NCBI GenBank assembly: GCA_963934255.1
Contig: CAWVXU010000058.1
Span: 1 to 17,385, forward strand
Source: an uncultured Fibrobacterales bacterium
GTDB lineage: Bacteria > Fibrobacterota > Fibrobacteria > Fibrobacterales > CAWVXU01
Length of the DNA stretch: 17,385 bases
Reading direction: 5' to 3'
The notes under the pieces are model-generated. The model was not told where the DNA came from. It ran no database searches and saw only the letters and a program-made list of their open reading frames with translations. Of the stretch, positions 7,341 to 15,312 are shown piece after piece (position 1 is the stretch's first letter; every line of letters starts with the position of its first letter). Position numbers and translations under genes: made by a program.

Positions 7341-7895
7341 TCACCTAGATGAAGAAATACTCTGTTTTGATAGCTTTTTCCTAATTGTACTTAATGTTTG
7401 AGGCATCATTCCCAAATAGGAGGCAATCATTCTTTGAGGCACACGATTCGGTAGATCAGGGTATGTTTTTAAGAAATACATATAACGATCCATAGCAGAA
7501 GAAGCCAACAATAACAAGATTCTTTGTTGTAATTGAGACATAGTCTTTTTCAATCTATTTAAATTCTGTAGTAGTTGTTCATTGGTCATATTTGCATCAA
7601 TCGAGTTGTTTTTACTGATTAAGAATACCTCAGAATCTTCTAAACAATCAATAAATAATTTGGTTGGCTCATTAAATTCAACAGCATCAATATCTCCAAT
7701 TACCCAATCTTCTGACCCAAACATATATATGTGTTCTTTACCTTGATCATCAATGATATAACTTCTAATCAAGCCTTTTTTGATATAGATAGCACTCGCA
7801 TTTAATTGACCTGGTTGTTGAATAAATTCACCTTTTTTGAAAATCCTCCCCTGAGCAGAGGAATCTATATTCAATATTTTATGTAATTTACTCAT
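7341..7895 (-). CDS. Crp/Fnr family transcriptional regulator (Bacteroidota-type)
   Basis: KGLIRSYIIDDQGKEHIYMFG.E.W and RY..FLKTYPDLPNRVPQRMIASYLGMMPQTLSTIRK (HTH). Start ATG 7895 preceded by GAGGT. Confidence 0.9.
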   Translation of the reverse strand: MSKLHKILNIDSSAQGRIFKKGEFIQQPGQLNASAIYIKKGLIRSYIIDDQGKEHIYMFGSEDWVIGDIDAVEFNEPTKLFIDCLEDSEVFLISKNNSIDANMTNEQLLQNLNRLKKTMSQLQQRILLLLASSAMDRYMYFLKTYPDLPNRVPQRMIASYLGMMPQTLSTIRKKLSKQSISSSR

Positions 7896-7961
7896 AGACC
7901 TCACTCTGACTATTTTTAGGGGCTTGTTCAAATCTTGTTTACACTTAAAAATTACATTAAA

Positions 7962-8165
7962 TGGACCTCCCCCGATATAGTCGACAATAAAATGTTTATT
8001 ATATCAGGATAAAACCACAATGGTACGTTACTCAGAAGAATAAAAAAGGAGTTAATTAAAAAGAAGATTTACAAAACTCGAGCAGATGCTCAACTAGAGA
8101 TATTTCATTATATAGAAGTATTCTACAACCCTAAACTAAGTTTCCATATTTTCGGGGGAAGTCTA
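7962..8165 (+). mobile_element. 204-bp IS3-derived internally deleted element (MITE-like)
   Basis: Left IR TGGACCTCCCCCGATATAGTCGAC and right IR ...CCATATTTTCGGGGGAAGTCTA. AGGA RBS + OrfA start MVRYSEE (8020-8040) is fused directly to the OrfB tail [32 protein letters not shown]. 8039-8165 matches the reverse complement of 2579-2705 (17 mismatches in 127 nt, hand count). Confidence 0.85.
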
Positions 8166-8353
8166 GATTGTAAAATTTATCCCAATATAGGAGGGTCAAC
8201 CTATCCTATCTATTACTCATCTATGATGTCATTGCCTAGGAATGTCACTTCAAAGTTTGCTTCCCAAAATATCAATGGAATACGCTATGCTAAAAAAGTG
8301 TTTTTATTTTTAACATGTCCCACAATGAAAGCATACTCTATAGGGAACAACCT

Positions 8354-9541
8354 TTATCGCCCATGGACAATAATAAGTGCAAAAGCTGTACTCTTACCAT
8401 ATAAACGTAAACCTAATTGCCGGGTCTGAGAATTATTTTTCTTAAAATGAAGAGTGGTCCACTCCCAGACTGTTGCAGTTCCAACGCGGTCGGTAGAGTC
8501 TATGACTTCTTGCTCAGAATTAAACGCCACCACTTGGAAGTCCGCAGCCCCTTCAGTAATCAACATCAAGCTCACACTATCGATTTGAGTAAATGGGTGG
8601 CTTTGAGTTGAGTAGAAGCTGGTGACAAGATCAAGATAGGGCTCCTTGTCAGGTAGAAGTGTGGAGTCTAGCTTGGCCGGGATAGCGACCCCACCTACAT
8701 TGGCTGTATCTATCGTCCAATAATAATCCGGGACATCACCCCAAATTACGTCCGTCTCGGACATTTTCAAAAATGTGGATATCGAGTTGTCTTCTGTCTT
8801 GACTAACGCGTCTGAGCTCCCTTTGAGATCAAGCTCACCTTGGAATTGCCAAGTATCCTCTGTGAGTCCTTCTGCGAATGACCAATCGGATTGCTTTAAT
8901 TGGTCAGTGAAGTCATCTAATTGATAATGCACTGGAGGAGCCTCGGCTTCAGATGTCGTGGTGATGACTAGTTTCTCCTCAGACACTGGTGCAGTTAGCA
9001 GAATGGGTTCTGATGTGGATTCGATGATAAGGGTGTGATCGCCAACAGGGATCAAAGACGACTCCCAAGATTGATCCACTCTGACCGTATCCCAACCTCC
9101 GAATCCAGTAATCCCAATGCGTACGAGGGAATCATCAGAATTGATATCAAAGGATTTAATCTCTATCTGAGATGGAAGACTTAATTGTAGAACTGTCAAT
9201 GGCACTGAGTCTTGAGAAGCAGTAATGAATAACTCTTCCATGGACATCAGTTGTTCAAATTCACTGCGGACGAGATAAGAACCTGGAGGGAGGGGATCAA
9301 AATTACAGATACCATGAGCATCACAGAAAGTGGAATCAATGGCTTCTGAGACTAGACTGCGATCATGGATCCATACCTTGGCCAAAGAGGCTGGTTTATC
9401 CTCTGCATTAAGGACAGAGACTTGAAATCCAGCTTCCGTCTCAGAGGCTCCGCCTGCTAGAGTGGAGTTGTTCTCAGAGCATTGAGTGAAAAAGTTCAGG
9501 GTGAGGAATACAAGGGTGAGTCGAAACAGTAAATTTTTCAT
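8354..9541 (-). CDS. Lipoprotein partner of TIGR02147 with a carboxypeptidase-regulatory-like (transthyretin-like) domain
   Basis: Signal MKNLLFRLTLVFLTLNFFTQC, then LAGGASETEAG and ..DAHGICNFDPLPPGSYLV beta-sandwich motif. ATGA overlap with the upstream TIGR02147 gene. Confidence 0.75.
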   Translation of the reverse strand: MKNLLFRLTLVFLTLNFFTQCSENNSTLAGGASETEAGFQVSVLNAEDKPASLAKVWIHDRSLVSEAIDSTFCDAHGICNFDPLPPGSYLVRSEFEQLMSMEELFITASQDSVPLTVLQLSLPSQIEIKSFDINSDDSLVRIGITGFGGWDTVRVDQSWESSLIPVGDHTLIIESTSEPILLTAPVSEEKLVITTTSEAEAPPVHYQLDDFTDQLKQSDWSFAEGLTEDTWQFQGELDLKGSSDALVKTEDNSISTFLKMSETDVIWGDVPDYYWTIDTANVGGVAIPAKLDSTLLPDKEPYLDLVTSFYSTQSHPFTQIDSVSLMLITEGAADFQVVAFNSEQEVIDSTDRVGTATVWEWTTLHFKKNNSQTRQLGLRLYGKSTAFALIIVHGR

Positions 9542-10410
9542 TGATCATCCTTGGGTTCAATAGTCTGTGAAAGTGGAAAGAGCTGCATGTTTAATTGAAA
9601 TACTTTGTTCGAAGACTGATCACTCTTAGCCATCTCCATAATCTCTTTACGAAATTGTCTTAGCTTTTGGACGAAGACCGGATAGTGCTCCTCATTGAGA
9701 CAGAGAGTCACGGTACTGACATTGCGCTCCTCAGCTGTAAAATGTCCGAGCGCCTCTTTACCTTTTTGGATCATGTCGGTATTGAATTTAAGAACAGAGG
9801 TCTTAGCGATGTCGTTGTCTGATGTGAGCAGTTGGTCGTTGACTTTCCAAGCGTAGGAACCATCGACTGAGGATATTTCTGTGATTAAATCAAGCTCAAT
9901 GAGCAGTTGGATTGAGCTCTTGGCTTTACGGGACCCAATTGACGGGATGAGGACTTCACCTAGTTCTTTGAAAGAGCCACAGAATCTTGTGCTAGAGATG
10001 ACTTCACGGATGGCGCTATGATGCCAATCTGTATAGAACTTGTAGTGTCTATTCTCTAAGGTCGCCGTGCTACCGTGAATCGCACGGAACTCCATGAGAC
10101 CTTTGAGTTGCTCTAGCTTCTCTTGGGAAGTCTTGGCTTGATTGTAAAGCACTAGTAATTCTAGATCATCAGATTCAATCTCTGGGAGTTCGAACACTTG
10201 ACTTAGCTTAATCATGACCTTGGCAGAGAGATCACGGTCTCCCTGGATAATCTTGGTAAATAGTCCCAGGCCTAGCGCAGCCTCCTGAGAGAGTTTGCGT
10301 TGAGAATAACCACGCTCAGTAGATTGTTTCCACGTGTAAAGGTCTTTTAAGAAGACTCTAAAATCAAGATATGAGCTTGAGCTCGGCTTTAAGTTTTGCA
10401 ATAATCCCAT
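9538..10410 (-). CDS. TIGR02147 family protein (N-terminal HTH-like region, C-terminal DUF4423)
   Basis: YLDFRVFLKDLY...SQRKLS...KIIQGDRDLS, FYTDWHHSAIRE, LLIELDLI, ERNVSTVTLCL and FRKEI...VFQLNMQLFPLS motifs; 290 aa. Confidence 0.9.
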   Translation of the reverse strand: MGLLQNLKPSSSSYLDFRVFLKDLYTWKQSTERGYSQRKLSQEAALGLGLFTKIIQGDRDLSAKVMIKLSQVFELPEIESDDLELLVLYNQAKTSQEKLEQLKGLMEFRAIHGSTATLENRHYKFYTDWHHSAIREVISSTRFCGSFKELGEVLIPSIGSRKAKSSIQLLIELDLITEISSVDGSYAWKVNDQLLTSDNDIAKTSVLKFNTDMIQKGKEALGHFTAEERNVSTVTLCLNEEHYPVFVQKLRQFRKEIMEMAKSDQSSNKVFQLNMQLFPLSQTIEPKDDQ

Positions 10411-10440
10411 AGGAATAAGTTAATACTATTTGATTCAATA

Positions 10441-10589
10441 TGCAACGGTTTATCATAAAAATGTCAACAAATTTAAAGAAAATTACTGCTGTTTAAAGAA
10501 AGTTGTTGCTTTTAGAAACTTTTAATACGATATTTTGTCAACAGACTAGCTTGTCAACGATAAGTATTTATGTGTCAACTAGCTAGTTG
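10441..10589. promoter_or_regulatory. Divergent intergenic region with repeated candidate operator motifs
   Basis: TGTCAAC at 10462, 10536, 10552 and 10573. Tandem 19-mers TTTAAAGAAAATTACTGCT (10472-10490) and TTTAAAGAAAGTTGTTGCT (10492-10510). Perfect palindrome CAACTAGCTAGTTG at 10576-10589. Confidence 0.5.
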
Positions 10590-10660
10590 TTCATGTCTAA
10601 TGTCTGCTACTGATTGATGGCGTCATTTAACTTATGCTCAATTTCAACAAAGGGTTAAAC

Positions 10661-11323
10661 ATGAAAAATAATCGAAAACTAGTCTTTTTAATCCTGGTCA
10701 CCTCATCTCCAGGGTGGACTCAATCCGACACACAAGAGAGTCAACAAATCAGCCTCAGCCTACAGTCTAAAAAAAGCGTGGCACTGACTCTCAATATGCC
10801 TAGACAATGGGGAGATGAAGACATCTCGGGACATGCAAATATGGTGATTGTTGACAATGCAGACCCAGAATATGAAACCTATTATGAGTTTACGGATATA
10901 TCAGCCAAATCCATCAACGTGAATCTTGCTTCTGAATTATCCTCAGGGAATCTCACAATCTCCTTGAAATACATCCCCTCTGATTCTCTGCAAACCAGTG
11001 ACATTCTTACAAGTGATTTTTTAACTCTAAGCCAAATTGAAAATCATATTAGCGCTGAAGTAGATGGGAAGAGATTAGAAAATACTCAACCATCGACTTC
11101 TAGGAAATTATGCAACCATATAGTAGCCACTTTAGAAAATGGGAAATTCAGACTCAATCACAATAACGTGTGGGTTGACTTCAACGGTACTGTTCCAACC
11201 TCACTAAAATCTAACGACATTACTTTTGGAGAGTTTCCAGGTCAAGTTTGGGATATCCAACTATACGATGGCGTTTTGTCAGATGATGAGATCAAAAAAT
11301 TAAGCCAATGTTCCATTGCATAA
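10661..11323 (+). CDS. Secreted hypothetical protein with a C-terminal LamG/concanavalin-A-like motif
   Basis: Signal-like N-terminus from ATG 10661 (AAAGGG upstream). HIVATLENGKFRL...ITFGEFPGQVWDIQLYDGVLSDDEIKKL resembles the Laminin_G_3 C-terminus. Confidence 0.6.
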   Translation: MKNNRKLVFLILVTSSPGWTQSDTQESQQISLSLQSKKSVALTLNMPRQWGDEDISGHANMVIVDNADPEYETYYEFTDISAKSINVNLASELSSGNLTISLKYIPSDSLQTSDILTSDFLTLSQIENHISAEVDGKRLENTQPSTSRKLCNHIVATLENGKFRLNHNNVWVDFNGTVPTSLKSNDITFGEFPGQVWDIQLYDGVLSDDEIKKLSQCSIA

Positions 11324-11334
11324 ATGGGGGAAGT

Positions 11335-13398
11335 ATGAAGGACTCAATGAATTTATTGTCACAAGTAAAAAAGTTAGCGCTTATTGCGACTCTATTAATG
11401 ACTACAAGTGTCTCAGCACAAATTTTTTCCATTCTAGATGACTTTGATCGAGATGGGGTGCTTGATATTTTTGATCTAGATGATGACAATGATGGAATAC
11501 TCGACAAAGATGAAAATATTGACCTAAATGCTTCTTGGGATTTTGAAACACCGATTGTTGGTCCTGGAAACAACTTTTTTGGTGCCGAATTTCAGAATTG
11601 GACTCTCATTTCGGGGGACGGGCAAATCAACTTAATACGCCCAACGCATCCTTATGGCGATGTACCTCAAGTAGCTTCAATGGGTAATCAATATGTTGAA
11701 ATCTTTGGAGAAGCTACTTTTAATCGATTATACAATGTGACTAAAGCCACCTCCATAACGGTCGAAATTGATTTTGCACCTTGGAGTCAAAAGCGTGAAG
11801 AAACTAAGATTCAAATCTTTCATTCTAATGGGACTTCAATTCTTGCAGAATCGAATGTGATCATAACAGAGGTTACTGACAATACAGATTGGTACGATAG
11901 AGATGCGCTGTGGCAGACAGCTTCGGTTACTGTTATGCTTGAACCAGGGGACTACTATATCAGATTTCGGTTGGGTAATTATCAAGCATTTGATAATGTC
12001 AGGGTTTCTTCTGCAAAAAGATCTGATTTCGACAATGATGGATTAATTAATAGCTTAGACCTTGATAGTGATAACGATGGTTGTCCTGATGCAATTGAAG
12101 GGGGAGCTTCCTTCGGATGGGCTGACCTTATTGATGAAACTCTCTCTAACGAAGTTGATGCCAATGGCGTTCCTATAATGGCAAGTAATCTTGGGCAACG
12201 TGTAGGGCTGAGCTTGGATGGAAATAACACTGATTCAGAATGTGATCAACCTAGAGTGACTGATGATGTTGGTGGAATTGCACAAGTAAATATTTATGAC
12301 GATGGTGATGGGATAGCAGATAGTTTGTGGATGTCTTTTGATTCTGGATTAAATAATACCCAGACCTTTGATTCTCTCACTGTTTTTTGGGGGAAGGGTT
12401 CAACGACATACTATTGGTCTGATGTAGAGTATTCTGAGGATAAGAGTTCTGTGAGTTTGTCGAATGTCAAATTGAGTCAAGGAGTTTATACAGGTAAAAA
12501 ATCTGATGGTGATCAATCCAGGGTTCGTTTCTACTACTCAGGCGTGATAGACGGCACTCAATATGTTGATCATTTGGAATTACCTTTAGAAGATCATGTG
12601 GGTCCTGTCATTACAAGTGCGACATTATCATTCGAAGATGATTTACAAACTCTCATTGTAAGCTATTCTGAACCAGTCCAAGATGATTTTGGAGACCTTA
12701 CAGAGGGCTTAGAAATCTATCAGATTAAAGATACAAATAGGTTAATTCAAGATTATTTGTATTCGAATTTCTCATATACTATAAATTCTTCAAGTAGCCA
12801 AGTTGATCAATTGGATAGTTTGATTAAGCCTCGGGACTCAATACGGTTAGATTCTCAGCATGGGTTAAGTGACCTCAATGGGAATCGCCCACATCCAATG
12901 AATGCTTTTGTCAAAATCAAAATCAACGACTCAATAAAGGTGGATAAGGGTGCTTTTGCGCGTCAGGTTGATGATGAAGAAGAGTACCCTCAATTTTCAA
13001 TGACTTTGATTGATCAATCCATCTCAGCAAATGAGTATTCACTAATGCACCATACAATTGGCGGAAAATATGAACTCAATATTTACAACCAATTACAAGC
13101 CTATGATAATATTGATCAGTCTCTTGTGGAAATAAAATGGCAAATGTACGTCTATTCAAATCTAGGTGGGAATGTGGATAATCAATCTGGCCAGATAAGT
13201 TGTGATGACGATATTTTTGAGGGTGAAACTTGCCTTAAGAGTGAGAGAGCCTTCTTTTTCAGTTGGAATTTAAGAGATAATTATAATCGAAAAGTGGGAG
13301 TTGGAGCTTATGTCATTTACATCAAAGTGAGTCTATATTACGATGGTGAATTGATCAAAGAACGTCCTGAGAGATGGCTTGCGGGTGTCGGGAGATGA
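11335..13398 (+). CDS. Secreted Asp-rich protein with thrombospondin type-3-like Ca2+-binding repeats and a Fibrobacterota-type C-terminal domain
   Basis: Signal peptide ending VSAQ. DFDRDGVLDIFDLDDDNDGILD and DFDNDGLINSLDLDSDNDGCPDAIEG flank a beta-sandwich. C-terminus YVYSNLG...WNLRDNYNRKVGVGAYV is FlgD-Ig-like. Start is ATG 11335 or 11347. Confidence 0.75.
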   Translation: MKDSMNLLSQVKKLALIATLLMTTSVSAQIFSILDDFDRDGVLDIFDLDDDNDGILDKDENIDLNASWDFETPIVGPGNNFFGAEFQNWTLISGDGQINLIRPTHPYGDVPQVASMGNQYVEIFGEATFNRLYNVTKATSITVEIDFAPWSQKREETKIQIFHSNGTSILAESNVIITEVTDNTDWYDRDALWQTASVTVMLEPGDYYIRFRLGNYQAFDNVRVSSAKRSDFDNDGLINSLDLDSDNDGCPDAIEGGASFGWADLIDETLSNEVDANGVPIMASNLGQRVGLSLDGNNTDSECDQPRVTDDVGGIAQVNIYDDGDGIADSLWMSFDSGLNNTQTFDSLTVFWGKGSTTYYWSDVEYSEDKSSVSLSNVKLSQGVYTGKKSDGDQSRVRFYYSGVIDGTQYVDHLELPLEDHVGPVITSATLSFEDDLQTLIVSYSEPVQDDFGDLTEGLEIYQIKDTNRLIQDYLYSNFSYTINSSSSQVDQLDSLIKPRDSIRLDSQHGLSDLNGNRPHPMNAFVKIKINDSIKVDKGAFARQVDDEEEYPQFSMTLIDQSISANEYSLMHHTIGGKYELNIYNQLQAYDNIDQSLVEIKWQMYVYSNLGGNVDNQSGQISCDDDIFEGETCLKSERAFFFSWNLRDNYNRKVGVGAYVIYIKVSLYYDGELIKERPERWLAGVGR

Positions 13399-13412
13399 GA
13401 TAGATAATTCCA

Positions 13413-13438
13413 ATAGACATAGACATAGACATAGACAT
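13413..13438 (+). repeat. Intergenic simple sequence repeat (ATAGAC)x4 + AT
   Basis: Read directly; lies between the stop at 13398 and the ATG at 13466. Confidence 0.95.
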
Positions 13439-13465
13439 TCAATAAAAAAAAGACAGGAAATATAT

Positions 13466-15247
13466 ATGAAAAAGTTTGATATTCTAATAGTGGCATGCGG
13501 ATTAATCATGGGAGGGTGTACCGAAAATACTTACGTTACAAATGATGAATGCCTTGAAGACGGGACGTGTATCGCTGTAGAAGCCGAATCTAGTGATACA
13601 AGCGATATTATTGAAAAGGCTTGGGAGGGTGTAGCAAATATTGACGTCGTCTACTTAGCCCAAAAACATGTGTTGGAACCCGACAATGCCATGTTTAAAC
13701 TTTTTAGTGATCTAGAAGCTCTTATCAAGGTAAACGTCTCTTCATCAGAACAAAGTTCAGCCCCCACTGTGATAGCCACCCTGAGCTTGGACGGCGAGAG
13801 CACGACACTTGAACTCACTGGCCCAGATACTTTACCGGTTTCCATCCCCAAGGGGTTGGGTGTAGAAGACCATAAATTCGAAAATAGTTTTACAACGACT
13901 ATCCCTAAAGAATGGGTCCAACCTGGCTTGACTATTGAGGTGAAGGCTGGTGAGAATACTAGATTTTTCAACGACTTAAAAATAGGGGCTCCTTCAAAGA
14001 TCATTATGACCATGTTTGATGTTCATTACTTTACCAATTCGCCAGGTGATTATCCTGCAGGTTGGCTTCCTGAAATGGAATCAAAATTCCCCACCTCTGA
14101 GTTAGAACTCCGCCGCATACCAAACGTCGACTTCCCGGACCTCATTATCCCCGCCCGCGCCGATATGGGCTTCCCCTCCGTCAGGATCGGATCTAAAGAC
14201 GAATACCAAGAATTGACAGGATCCCCGTTTGATGGTGAACAGGCCGCGGCTTTAGCCTGGAAGGGTGCCCTCAAGGGAGCCAATGGGATCAGTGGCAGAT
14301 ATAGTCTGTATTATGTGAACATCTATGGCGCTTGGGCTGGTGGACAAGCGGGTAACTTTGGTGGCGTGGGTGCTGGTGATTCGCCAGGAGTCTTGCTTCA
14401 TGAGCTTGGCCACGCCTTCTCACTGCCACACTGGCAGGGAGTTCAAGAATACCCTTACAAGGGCGAAATGTATGGATTGACACCGCCTAGACCTTTAGAG
14501 AACGATGAACAAATTCACGCGGGTCCTACCTGGGCTTATGATATCCCTACTCAGAAATTTATACCTCCTACTATTCAGTGGAATACAGTGGCAGGGCCAG
14601 CCCATGAAAGATATAGTGTCGGTACTCTTAAGCTTGACCCCATGCATGGCGGAGGTGATGGTGACCAGGAAGAGGGTTTCGTTTTCAGGCATTTTGCAGA
14701 TTACTCCATGAACAAAATGCAATTATGGCTTGAGGAACATATCGTCGTGTGGAATGCATCCTTGAACAGTTACGCCAGTTGGAACGATGCTGCAGGAGAC
14801 TATAGTACACTTGTCAGTAACAATGGTGTGGAATACCCTGTCGAACGGGATGTTGAAGTGATTACTGTGATGGCAGCCACAAGTGCCGTTTCACCTCAAG
14901 CCACATTAGTGTATCCGCCAATCGGACCTTTTTCCTCAGGAATCATTGACACTTTTGACCCATCGATATCGGCCGACCGTACCAAAGCCGATCAGGTATT
15001 CTGCTATGGTGATGGTTGTGATCTTAGCATGAGAGTTACGCAGGGTGGCAAGGTGTCAGTCTACATGCTGAGACAATCTATGGATCCAAATGCAGATCCA
15101 ATGAGTACAAGTTCTTTGTATACTCAAGCCGTTAACTTAAGAGCTTCTGATGGCGAAGTGACCAAGATTGAACTTTTGAATACTCCTGATGCAGAGGTCA
15201 ATGGATTACCTTCCAATCCTACTGTGATGGATACTTGGGAAAAGTAA
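13466..15247 (+). CDS. M66 family (StcE/TagA/dictomallein-like) zinc metallopeptidase lipoprotein
   Basis: Lipobox IMGGC, IPKEWVQPGL, zinc motif HELGHAFSLPH, WAYD and DPMHGG Met-turn. Start ATG 13466 with AGGA RBS. Confidence 0.82.
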   Translation: MKKFDILIVACGLIMGGCTENTYVTNDECLEDGTCIAVEAESSDTSDIIEKAWEGVANIDVVYLAQKHVLEPDNAMFKLFSDLEALIKVNVSSSEQSSAPTVIATLSLDGESTTLELTGPDTLPVSIPKGLGVEDHKFENSFTTTIPKEWVQPGLTIEVKAGENTRFFNDLKIGAPSKIIMTMFDVHYFTNSPGDYPAGWLPEMESKFPTSELELRRIPNVDFPDLIIPARADMGFPSVRIGSKDEYQELTGSPFDGEQAAALAWKGALKGANGISGRYSLYYVNIYGAWAGGQAGNFGGVGAGDSPGVLLHELGHAFSLPHWQGVQEYPYKGEMYGLTPPRPLENDEQIHAGPTWAYDIPTQKFIPPTIQWNTVAGPAHERYSVGTLKLDPMHGGGDGDQEEGFVFRHFADYSMNKMQLWLEEHIVVWNASLNSYASWNDAAGDYSTLVSNNGVEYPVERDVEVITVMAATSAVSPQATLVYPPIGPFSSGIIDTFDPSISADRTKADQVFCYGDGCDLSMRVTQGGKVSVYMLRQSMDPNADPMSTSSLYTQAVNLRASDGEVTKIELLNTPDAEVNGLPSNPTVMDTWEK

Positions 15248-15312
15248 GTTAATCAAAACGAGTCGAAGAATTCAGACACGAAAAATATTGAGCTAATAGC
15301 CAAGGAAAATTT

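Noticed and set aside
7341..7895. Crp/Fnr regulator as the cNMP partner of the MGS fusion
   Set aside because: It lacks the GE...R(S/T)A cassette and belongs to a separate low-GC cluster; nothing in the sequence links them.
8180..8203. Possible further IS end TCCCAATATAGGAGGGTCAACCTA
   Set aside because: It looks like an IS3-type terminus but has no partner repeat or transposase trace in the window.
4142..8611. Short plus-strand ORFs 4142-4381, 6037-6240, 6300-6530, 7192-7401, 8223-8429 and 8417-8611
   Set aside because: Wholly or partly antisense to well-supported genes, with no recognisable motifs.
10661..13398. The LamG-like ORF and the TSP3-repeat ORF as one frameshifted gene
   Set aside because: The second ORF has its own RBS and signal peptide.
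13379..13465. His/Arg-repeat N-terminal extension of the M66 protein
   Set aside because: Artefact of the ATAGAC repeat; ATG 13466 has an RBS and gives a proper lipoprotein signal.
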